Part shown: positions 12,701 through 24,700 of the stretch, piece by piece
Layout: each line of letters begins with the position of its first letter
Numbering within the stretch: the first letter of the stretch is position 1
DNA from: Phoronis australis
Taxonomy: Eukaryota > Animalia > Phoronida
Assembly: GCA_002633005.1 (NCBI GenBank)
Contig: NMRA01000056.1
Span: 878,027-942,026 of the forward strand
Reading direction: 5' to 3'
DNA: 64,000 bases
Notes under the pieces: model-generated
What the model saw: only the letters and a program-made list of their open reading frames with translations
Databases searched by the model: none
What the model was told of the DNA's origin: nothing
Program-made: the position numbers and the translations under genes

Positions 12701-15700
12701 GGAAGATTTTGAGCAAGAACTGGACAATTATTGTGCAGAAAGAGAAGAGCGAGAATTCGGACATCACACTCAAGTACTTGAAGAATCAGATAATGAATTC
12801 GATTTCCCACTTAGCGAACTTTCGTCGGCTTTGAGGCCGTATAAACTCGATCCACTTGCACGAGAAATGCTGCGGACATATGTGAGCTACAACCAATTGA
12901 GCCAAGGGGTGGTCAATTTTCACAAAACACACACTGGCAAAGGCCACAGTAAACCTGGGTAGACGGGACTTCCACTGATGACTTTACACATACATTTTTA
13001 GTGTTTTAATTTTTGCTTTTATTTTTTTATTACAAGTACGCAAATTGAAGAAGAAATACTTATAATATACCAAAATTGTTGGTAAGCGAACTCAAGCATT
13101 TATGACCATGGTGTGAAGGGTTGTTAAAATCATTTTGAAATAGAAAAACCGGGGAAACTTCGTTCGACAAGGTTATTTGACAATTTGACACTGTCCAGAG
13201 AACTAGGTTTCCGAAACTTGGTGAAGAACTGTATGAGGGTGGCCAATTGAATGTTAGTGACGACGGACAATGATTGGCTCATGCACATTCTTTCTTTTCC
13301 CAAAGTCACAAGACTAGATGAACTCTATTGTACCTGACTCTCGCCGATCGTTCTTACCATGTACGCCAGTGACACACCAGGTGCAACTAGTAATGTGTCT
13401 ATCCACGTGGCATTGGTATTGAACTTCACGACCTCTGTTGATCTAAGGAAGTACTTGACAACTATGAGGCCGACGATGTAAATCATTCCGATAAAACCCA
13501 ACGCGCTGGAAAGTAGAACAAAATCTGTTTAACAAAAGAAACATTGAGGCAGTTTTTGCAAATCGTATGTCTTAACTGTGTTGTATCATGTTGTTGAATA
13601 TTCAAGACTTTGGAGCCCTACATTTGGTTCTATGTAAGTAGAGTGTATCCTATCGTATCGTATGAGTTAGTCTGGAAACTTTGATCTTTTAAAAATCCCC
13701 GTGCATCGTCATCTTTTAAATCCAATGTTTTGATTTATGTTTTGAGGTGGAAACTAATTTTTTTAGATGTCTGTTACGACGAGTTGTTTTCTTAGTTACA
13801 TATGTGTCAATACGGAGGTTGAACGCCGCCAACTAGATTGATTGTAGTCTGAAGTTCACGATTTTGGCTTGACATTATTAGCGGTGCGTAGGACTCTTAA
13901 GAGTAGTGTTCCCCCCGAACGTTTTTTGGCCCTTTGGTAGGGCTTTTGAGTGGCATGCATGCCCAAATTCAGGTAGATGGGACCAAAATTGATTTAAGCG
14001 AATTTTTTCGTTTCCATTACATCGCGCCGGAAGTGACATGGAAAGAATTCTACATCCACACACTAACTGGCCGAGATTGGGTCAGTCACCTGGTTTGCAC
14101 ACTACAGAGTCTGCCGGTTCAGATCAAAGACACCATTCTGTTGTGATTAATTAAATAGCCTAAGGCTGCTGATGTTATATAGACTGAGACCATCGTCAAC
14201 ACTGGGGGATACAAAAGCATTTTTAAACTGTCGTTTTGTTTTGAAAGTTTGTAAATAACAGATTTGAATAGTTCGTGAAAAACACACGTGATTAGGTTTT
14301 TAAATTTTGAAAATTGGACAAGAAATGTGACTTTTTACAACTGCCTAAAACGTAGGTGGAAATAATATTTTCCTCATTAATTCTGCTGGGTGTGCACATG
14401 AGTGGGCCAATTTACCAAACAACCAGACAGTAGTTGGATTTTGAGGTAAGCCAAGGGTGATTGTACAATTCTTGGCATGATGCGAGCACTTCGGTGACAC
14501 GTCAGAGTACTACAAACTTTAGCAGACAAAGAGCATGCGCGCACCCAGCCTGGAGGGCTCGGAAATATTTCGGTGTGCGGACCTTTTAGTGGAAGAAATC
14601 AACGAAGACTAAAAAAAAAAAAAAAAAAAACGGGACCACTAGATTCAGGCTCATGAATTGTGCATTCGCGCCGACTTCCCGTGGGATTTTGTGGACTTTT
14701 GTCTCGTTCACTCGGACTTTTTGTTTCACTGGGGCAGACCTTTTTGCCCAATTCGTTCGAGCCCCCCCGAGCCCCCCCTGGGTGCGCCCATGAAGAGTTA
14801 CTGACACTTCCTTTTTTAATTAGGAGGTGCGCTCAGAAAGCTCAAGAATTCACGTTAGGATCGCACACAAATCGCCTCCCGAGTTCAAAATAACGCCACT
14901 GTCAGAACTGAATAAGTCATTGCAGGCCTATCATTCCAGTAACCTTCAGGATTTATGCCTGGGTTATTTACTTGAGTATAATGCACGTGCTGAAGTTTAT
15001 TAGGATTGTTTCTCGATCGCTTTCCGCTATTAACTGTACGATCGAAGCACACACAACTAGTAGAATAACGGCGAATAAAAGTCATCTATAATGCATACAA
15101 ACATCTCCTGTTGAGTGACACTATCTGACGAGTGCAGTTTTCAAATGCATATTCTATGGTACTGTTACTGAGTGCCGAAGCGTGTCAGTTTGCGTTCTTT
15201 CCACGAATCGTCATGAGAAAATGCATGGAAAACTATGCCTCGACATTGTTGTTCTCAATGCAGAGTAAAGAATCGTTATCAGATAAATACACGCAAGGTT
15301 GGTTACATTTAATTCAACCGACATCACAACAGTCGCGTTTCAGATTACACTCTTTCCAAGAATCGTCATGAAAAATGCCTGAAAACTGTGCCTCGGAGTT
15401 GTTGTTTTCAATGCAGGGTAAAGAATCGTTATCCGATAAATACATATGTACACAGACGTTCTCTTGTACTACACAAGGTTGATTGCATTCAATTCAACTG
15501 ATATTACAATAGTCGCATTTCAGTTTGCGTTCTTTCCAAGGATCGTCATGAAAAAATGCTTGAAATGCTATTCCCAGAAATTGTTGTTCACAATGCTGGG
15601 TAAAGAATTGTTGTCAGTTGTCTGTGTTTTTGCTTCTTTGACCCCGTTATCCTCAGAAATGTTAAGCAATATTTCCAATTTCTATTTACTATTAATACTG

Positions 15701-18700
15701 AGACCATGGATGAGTTAATCCATAACACAAACTATTTCACTGTCCAGCAGCTTCTATAATTTTTACAATACCACAAAAAATGAGATTTCATGTTAAAATT
15801 TGACACTGATTTTGAGCGAAAACTGATGTGCCCGACTTTTAAACTATTTATCAGAGTAGGAATTGTNAGACTGAGACCATCGTCAACACTGGGGGATACA
15901 AAAGCATTTTTAAACTGTCGTTTTGTTTTGAAAGTTTGTAAATAACAGATTTGAATAGTTCGTGAAAAGCACACGTGATTAGGTTTTTAAATTTTGAAAA
16001 TTGGACAAGAAATGTGACTTTCACAACTACCTAAAACGTTGGTGGAATATTGAAATGATATTTTCCTGATTGATTCTGCTGAGTGTGCACATAAGTGGGC
16101 CAATTACCAAACAACCAGACAGTAGTTGTATTTTGAGGTAAGCCAAGTGTCATTGTACAATTCTTGGCATGATGCGAGCACTTCGGTGACACGTCAGTGT
16201 ACTACAAACTTTAGCAGACAAAGAGCCTGCGCGCACCCAGCCTAAAGCATGGGGGGGCTCGAAAAATTTTCGGCGTGCGGACCTTTAGTGGAAGAAATCA
16301 ACGAGGACTAAAAAACAAAAAAAAACGGGGCCACCTTGTTCCGGCCCATGAATTGTGCATTCGCGCCGACTTCCCGTGGGATTTTGTGGACTTTTGTCTC
16401 GTTTACTCGGACTTTTTGTTTCACTGGGGTGGACCTTTTTGCCCAATTCGTTCGAGCCCCCCGAGCCCCTCTGAGTGCGTCCATGAGGAGTTACTGACAT
16501 TTCCTTTTTTAATTAGGAGGTGCGCTCAGAAAGCCCAAGAATTCACGTCAGGATCCAGGGGCAGATCCAGGGTTTTGCGTTAGGCGGGGCAGGGCAAACA
16601 TTCGCACCCCGAGATGCCAAATGGAATCTGGGAGAAATTTAGGGGTGCCATGGCCCCTTTGCCCCCTCCCCCCTAAATCCGCCACTGCTTACGTAAACTT
16701 TATGAAACTGGGCCAATTAATGGGCTTTTTTGCACACTTGCCGGAGTCAGAGAAATGAGTTGTAGTGTCACGTGACCATCACGAGAAGGTACTTATAAAA
16801 TTAGGTAGCCTCGCTTAGCAAGGCGTCAGTGAGTGCTTGAAACGTAGAATTATCGCGGAGGAAAATACCAGCGTAAAACACAAGACGACATTTAGAACTG
16901 GCTCGGAAAGAAGTAAGCGATAAAATCTCTGTACTCGGCTAAGATGTGTGTTCAAATTTCAAAGTAGCTGAGTAACTTTTTAGTGTTTTCTAAGCTGCGC
17001 TGCATCCGAAAACCGGCGGGACAGCTAACAAGCGTTCTCTCAAGCAATGGCATTTCTAAAAATAACTTACGGCCTTAGTTTCAGTATCACCTACAATCCT
17101 TTGTGAATTCTACGGATAACGAAGGGCAATATTTTAACGCACACAAATCGCCTCCCGAGTTCAAAATAACGCCACTCAGTGTCAGAACTGAATAAGTCAG
17201 TGTAGGCCTATCACTCCAGTAACCTTCAGGATTTATGCCGGGGTTATTTACTTGAGTATAATGCACGTGCTGAAGTTTATTAGGATTGTTTCTCGATCGC
17301 TTACCGCTGTTAACTGTACGATCGAAGCACACATAACTAGTAGAATTAGATCACGTACTTTCTTATTTCCATAATAACGGCGAATAAAAGTCATCTATAA
17401 TGCATACAAACATCTCCTGTTGAGTGACAATATCTGACGAGTACAGTTTTCAAATGCACATTTTATGATACTGTTACCGAGTGCCGAAGCGTGTCAGTTT
17501 GCGTTCTTTCCACGAATCGTCATGAGAAAATGCATGGAAAAATATGCCTCGACATTGTTGTTCTCAATGCAGAGTAAAGAATCGTTATCAGATAAATACA
17601 TGCAAGATTGGTTACATTTAATTCAACTGACATCACAACAGTCGCGTTTCAGATTACACTCTTTCCAAGAATCGTCATGAAAAATGCTTGAAAACTGTGC
17701 CTCGGAGTTGTTGTTTTCAATGCAGGGTAAAGAATCGTTATCCGATAAATACATATGTACACAGACGTTCTCTTGTGCTACACAAGGTTGATTGCATTCA
17801 ATTCAACTGACATTACAATAGTCGCATTTCAGTTTGCGTTCTTTCCAAGGATCGTCATGAAAAAATGCTTGAAATGCTATTCCCAGAAATTGTTGTTCAC
17901 AATGCTGGGTAAAGAATTGTTATCAGTTGTCTGTGTTTTTCCTTCGTTGACCCCGTTATCCTCAGAAATTTTAGGCAATATTTCCAATTTCTATTTACTA
18001 TTAATACTGAGACCATGGATGAGTTAATCCATAACACAAACTATTTCACTGTCCAGCAGCTTCTATAATTTTTACAATACCACAAAAAATGAGATTTCAT
18101 GTTAAAATTTGACACTGATTTTGAGCGAAAACTGATGTGTCCGGCTTTTAAACTATATATCAGAGTAGGAATTGTTTAAACTACATTTTAGTAATATAAC
18201 ATAAGAAAGTAAACTGCAACGCGTAGTATGAACCAAATCCGTGACATAAGGTGTATTACCCATTTGTGGCTTTTTGTCTGGTCTGAAGTGCACTGCACTC
18301 TTAAGATAGGAAACTGGTTGGTTTTCTCATCGGAATGTGTGAATGAATGAGCTTATGAAAAACTAACGTTCATTGCACTGTAGTCGTGATATGAATAAAA
18401 GAATGAAAAGAAAAAACAAGAAATTGCGGTTTTAATATGTGTGTGCCGTCTATATTCGTCTTTGTATCAGTTTCATTCATAAAACGTACTTAGTCGGCAC
18501 GCATCTGTTTGCAAATTTTATAATGAACACGCGGTTTACTCCGTGGATGGGCGGACACAGGTTATTTCTGACCGGTGTTTAGTAGCTTTCGGTGCGACGA
18601 TAGCCTGAAGACTGGTTCGCCCAAGTCTACTCAAGTAAAACGTACTATGTAATGTCTATTCTATGCTGCAGCTAGTGTTGCAAAACCTTGACCAGGGGCG

Positions 18701-21700
18701 GATCCATGATTTTGAGTTTGGAGGCGGGGCAGAGTATTAGCCAGGAATTTGCCCATCAGACACTTACACCCCGAATTATCAAATTTAATATGGGAGAATC
18801 TTAAGGGGGGGGTCATGGCTCCTTTGGCCCCCTCTAAATCCGCCACTGGGATCAGTAAAGAATGCTTCCGTGCTTCGAGTCTGTTGTGTACTAACAGGTA
18901 ATTTACGTAAACCAAGACAATGCAAACGTGCATTTCCGTCATATGTTATAGGTCTAGGTTGCATTCCTACTGAAACGCCATCTATAAGTAACAATGGACA
19001 CTATACACCTAATAAACACAATTCAATCAATTTTATTAAATTTAATCAATACAATGCTAATACGTAACAGAATCCTTCCAGGATTGACTGCCGCGCTTCG
19101 TCACAAACACAGAGGTCATCATGACCTTGGTAAATTATGACCTCACCATGCAGTTTGGATGACAACGTGTAGAACTTTCTAACAAACACGATAGACCGGC
19201 CAAACACGAGCAGCAGGTCTCAATGTCTTTTAACCTATTATAATCAAACACTACACTCTTACCTGGCATACTTCAGACAGTTGATTTCGCGCAGTAGGCA
19301 CATGGGTAGAAGGATTAAGAACCCCAATATGGTAACCAAGACTTTCTGGTTGCCGTACCACGTGGTAACAAACTCTTTAGATATCACGCTGGCCACGACT
19401 GAAACGAAGAGTGTATATTTTCACCTTGGTTGTCATAATTATATCTCCTTAAAGGCGAAGGCAACCTTTTTCCATGTCATTTTGAGCTAAAATAAGGTTG
19501 GTTGGTTATCCTAGACATATTTTCCACTTAATCACAGCTTTTCGTAGTTTTGTTAATTACTCGTCCGCTACTCCGGAAGTGACGTTTTAGGAGGCAAGCA
19601 TTTCGCGCCAATTTCTTTTCATATAGTCTGACTGTGAGAGCTGCCGAGTCAGTCATTGTTCTACCTCGGTTGTGTTAAGTTCCGTCGTCGTTTGCTTTCA
19701 TTTACTAGTCAGTCAACATGCCACACTGTTGNGGATGTTGAGTAGTGGGAGTGAATACAGGCCCAGTTTAACACCCAGTGAAAAGGACAGTTCGTCATCC
19801 AGTGAACAGATCGGTGAGCCTAAGTTTGATAAGTTTATTGTGGACTTGTATTGGGGCTATTTAGAAGGTGTCACGTGTGTGACGAGGGAGTCGCACGGCG
19901 GGATGTAAGCAGTTTGGGTGCTCAAGTCACCATCCACTGGGAGTGTGTCGCGGGAAACTCGGGCAAGTGGGACAGTTCTTCCTCTGTACATGAAACGATA
20001 ATGAGTATATCTCGGTAGGCAGCAACAGCGTGGCATGTTGACTGACCCGTAAACAAAAGCAAGCGACGACCGAACTTATCACAACCGAGGTAGAACAATG
20101 ACTGACTCGACTGCTCTCACAGTCAGACTGTATCAAAAGAAATTGGCGCGAAATTCTTGCCTCCCAAAACGTCGCTTCCGGAGTAGACGACGAGTAATTA
20201 ATTAAATTACGAAAAGCTGTAAATAAGTGAAAAATATGTCTGGGATAATCAACGAACCCTATTTTTGCTGAAAATGACATGAAATAAGGTTGCCTTCGCC
20301 TTTAATCACGAGGCCACCAGACACTGGAAATGTCACAAACTAGTTTCCCTGTAAAGAAAGTGACACATACAGGAGTGCTATAACCAGTTTGGCATTATTT
20401 CACTTTCGCGTATTGAAAACAGAAATCTAAAAGACAGCCTGCAGCTCAAAATGGAACATAAGCACGTTCTACAAGAGAATAACTACAAAAAAGCCATGCG
20501 GTTGCACACAGGAAAGTGTGTTTTCACTGATGAACTTGAAGCAGTCTCAAGCAGACCACGTTTGAACGGCTCGCTCATAGGATTATTCACTGACACTGTG
20601 GCCAACAACATTGTCAGTGTCAGCTAAGGACAATTAACTATACAGAGCTCCTCTTGTCTATTCACAAAGGTGGAGGAAGAACTAAAAGGCGAAACAAAAT
20701 AGCGGGTGATTCTGAACCCCGAAATGTCACTTCCGGAATAGGGCTAATTAATCAAATTATGGGAAGCCTCTTACAGACATAGAGTGGGCCTACCAACGTA
20801 CTCACATTTATCCACGTGGTCTCCAGTGACGACTAAATACATTATACAAAGTCCAGCACCATCCACAACCATGAGAACTATGCATACTCTCTGTCCAAAC
20901 CTTCCCAGTATTAGGAACGCGGCCTCTTGGTACGAGCAAGCCCGGGTTAATAGGACAATATACGCCAAGATCACCAGCCCACCTGTAGCCAAGGCTAGCA
21001 CTGCCTGCAATGGAAATGGTTTGGTTGCTGAGCTTCGAAGTTTTCTCCTTGGCAGTTTTATAAGTTTAGGTCAGACACTTTTTAAAATGATATAGCTCTA
21101 ATCCTTCCAGCCGTTAAGCACAACCCACGCCATAATTCCATCTAGTGTTTGGTCAAAGACTGACGGCCGTATTGCTTAATTTGGGCACATAAATGACGAA
21201 TCGCCAATATTCCAACAGTGAGTTACGGTCTCACTATGTTGAGGTCCATTTTGAGTGGTTTCAGGTGACTGAAACAGCAAAACGTTTCTCCTGAGGAAAC
21301 GGACCAGGCAAAATATCAAAAAACTGTAGGGAAATGTACGTGTCATACACTTATGATACACTGTTTGATGGACCGCAGTCTCTAATCTCATGACCAAACT
21401 TTATTAGCAGTTGAGTCTGGTGTACATGTAGATCTCAAAACCGAGACCCTTGCTTTGATTTTTGCAAAACTAAGCTACGATCGGATTTGTATGCATATTT
21501 CAACTTGGCACACTTCCTTGTATTTCTCTTATTTTCCGTACGTTTTCACCCAATCACAAGTAGCCAGCACACCTCGGGACGGCCAAATTACCGATCAATG
21601 CGTCTCACTTATTCACTAAAAGTAGTTCCCCTAACAGCCCAGATGCCTGCAATTTTGTTTATTAGGGTTGTTACAATGCTCTGCACAAAGAATGCCTCGC

Positions 21701-24700
21701 TTTGTTAAACCAGAAATTCAAAAATCCCCTAATATATGACTTTACTAGGAACGATTTGCGAGATATCCAGTTTCATAGTGGTTAGTGGTCTCGCCAAAAG
21801 CGGTGGCGAAAAGCGGTTTTATAGTAGCCTTGATTAGCACACACGAGCGGATACGGTAACTTTTCCTCACATTCGAACCAAAAATAAAGGCCAGATTGTC
21901 ATTTTTTTTTACTTTTCAATACTCACTGTGTTGCCAAAATACTCAAAATTTCACCATGTGTTGGTTGGTGACAGCCTCTTGTATCATGTTAAATTGTCTT
22001 CTTGCATGCCTTGTTAAAAGTTGATAAAATTGTTTATTGTTCTGGCATATTTTGTTCTAATTTGTAACAACTTATTCAAATCAGCGATAATAGCATGCAA
22101 ACTTAAGTCTACCCCTGAAAACCCTGACCGTGAGTTACCAACAGTTTCACTTAACGCGAAACTGATGATAGCGAGGTCAGCTCATAATTCCGCCAAGTTT
22201 GCTTGCTCTTTAGTGCTGTTGGCTCAGATAATACTTACGTAATGTACTGTACTGGCTGGTAATAATCCTCCGGCAGCATTGAAGGTCCATGGTAGCTGCA
22301 GTAGTCCGACACCGAAGCAACAGTTAACTGCCAAGAACGTCGCAGAATACCACGAAATACCATCTCTTTCTGGAAGATTTTCGTTGACTTTGTCGTACAG
22401 CTTATGTTCGTCAGTGTGTCGTTTTTCATCGCCTAAACAAGATAAAATTTGCGGACAATGGTTGATTTTACTGCTGTGTCAAAATTAGCCAGTGTTCATC
22501 GAAACCGTCGGGCACACTGTACTCCAGACATCAAAAATCAACACACATTGAGTAATGTCTCTTGGTAATGATATTTCAGCCTTTAATGAGCAATTGAGAA
22601 CGTCAATGAAGACAGTTTTTTGTACATGTACAATTGACAATCGTGGATACAATCAGTTTTCAGAGCGAGAACCCCACGGGTAGATTGGCAATACAATCTC
22701 TAAAACGTTCAACAGTGTAATGCACAACTTGATAAAACTTTACATAGAATGCATAAGCATAATATTTGGATAGTTGTTGAGTTACACAAGGAACGTGTCT
22801 AGAATACTCGGGTGATCTTGCGTGATATCGCCAGAAACTTGATCTTCCGACGTGACAGTGTATATAGACTAGAGGTCGGTGTAAATAGACCAAGAGATTT
22901 TAATAAAAGTTGTATCATGCAGCTCTTGCTTGACAGTGCACATATACTTTTATCTCCTCTTTTTCGAACCACTCATTAAAGCGTTTTATGGGGTTCGGTT
23001 TCTTTTCATGAATGTTTTCATCGTTGGTTTCTAATTCGTTCAACTGCTTCCCGAAACTTCCATTTCTTCATAATTTTAAACTGAAACTCCTGAGTCCTGA
23101 GCATTGAGCAACACTCAGCGATCCCTCTCAAAATGTTGCCCTTCCAAACACTGATGTGACCTTCTGACTACATGAGTGTAAGTTGTGGTACACTACTACA
23201 CGTGCACAAGGTCACCAGCACCAGAACTTTTAAAGTCACACCACCAAAACAGTGATTGTTTACATTTCAGAGAGCTCGCCTTGACAATTTCAAGAAGGTA
23301 TACTGCTTGACAGTTGCATTTATGTACACGTTGAAGCCTGGAGAATACAGACTTGATCAGGGCTTGGGATTTTCGTTTTTTAAGAGGAATTCTTTTTTTT
23401 TTGGTGTCGATTTCCTCTTATTTGATTTCCAGTTTCCTCTTTTTATCATTTTTCGACTTTATTAAATGTTTATTTCAGTTAAATCTTACAGCCAAAATGG
23501 CTATCACACAAGCCTATTTTTTGTGTATCATACATCTGCTGGAAATTTCTCCTCTGTTTTAATTTGTTATTGCTCATTCCAAGCTCTGCTTATTTTTCGT
23601 GAAGTAACTACAATGGATTTCATAACATACCAGTATATTGTGCTGGATTCTTGTTGGCTTTATCAAGTGTAAACTATCACTAATAAAATATCCACGTAAG
23701 TCATTATGCATAGGAGCATAGGATAATAGCCACCTGTCTCAAGTTCGCACAAAAGTAGAGTACAAAATTCTAAACGTACTTTCGAGTTCCATTTCCTGTA
23801 AAAAGATCAATGACAGGGCCCAGGTATCAATTCCAGTATTTTTAGCGCTTAATAGTGTTTGAAAGTGTTGTACTGTGTTTGGAAATTTGTTTGAAAAGCA
23901 CGGTTTTTTTCTGCTCAGCAGCTTATGACCTTACTGGATTTAAGGGCCCCTTCAGAGCATTTATTAGTGTGCCCTCCACTCATTTCGAATGTTCTGTGTA
24001 TATCAAATGCTCTGAGATGCCAGGGTAGTATTCTGCATGTAGCTTTGTTGACCATTGTGGTCAGTGAGAATGTCCTACTCGCATGTATATGAATGCATAG
24101 TATGATATGTGCCAGGTATTCAGTGAATGACCTGGATGCTTCATGCAGCTAGGACATTCACAACTAGGGAGAATATTTTACTTTTTCTCCAGATGTGCTC
24201 CTCATTCATGTACCACATCAGTATTGCCTGTGTGGTTTTGGAAATGTGTAAGCTGCTTGTGTTGTTTCCGCATAGTTGAGCTTGAAATGCTAGTTTTGCT
24301 CCTAAAAAACTGACTGATCCTTTCAGTTTAGGATAGTTATTGTTTGCATCGCATGAAGTGAATTACATACTGTCTTTTTTAGTATTTTTATTCAGTGACT
24401 CCTGGTGTGGTTTTGAAAATGATTGTTTTTAGGCTGAAATGCAGATTTTTTACTAAATTCTGCAATGACCCTGTCATTTCCACATGGTTGATCTTGAAAA
24501 GCAACTTCTTGTATACATATTATTGTCATCTTGTGAGATGTGCAATTTATTGCGGTTTTCAGTGACTGGTTCCACCACTGAGGAATAGCAGTATTGTGCA
24601 CCTACCGGTACTTTCAAGGTACCTAAACTACACGGTCAACAGACTCATAAACACGGACACGGACGCCTGAACACGACTCACGGACCTGCAAACACCGTCC

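Noticed and set aside
15132-15718. Repeated ORFs (FAFFPRIVM...) seen twice
   Set aside because: They arise from a tandem repeat plus the N-joined duplication; no protein family signal.
22235-22429. ORF-track peptides MKNDTLTNIS... (and 51444-51641 MVENRTL...)
   Set aside because: Wrong frame; the real exon-2 frame encodes transporter TM1.
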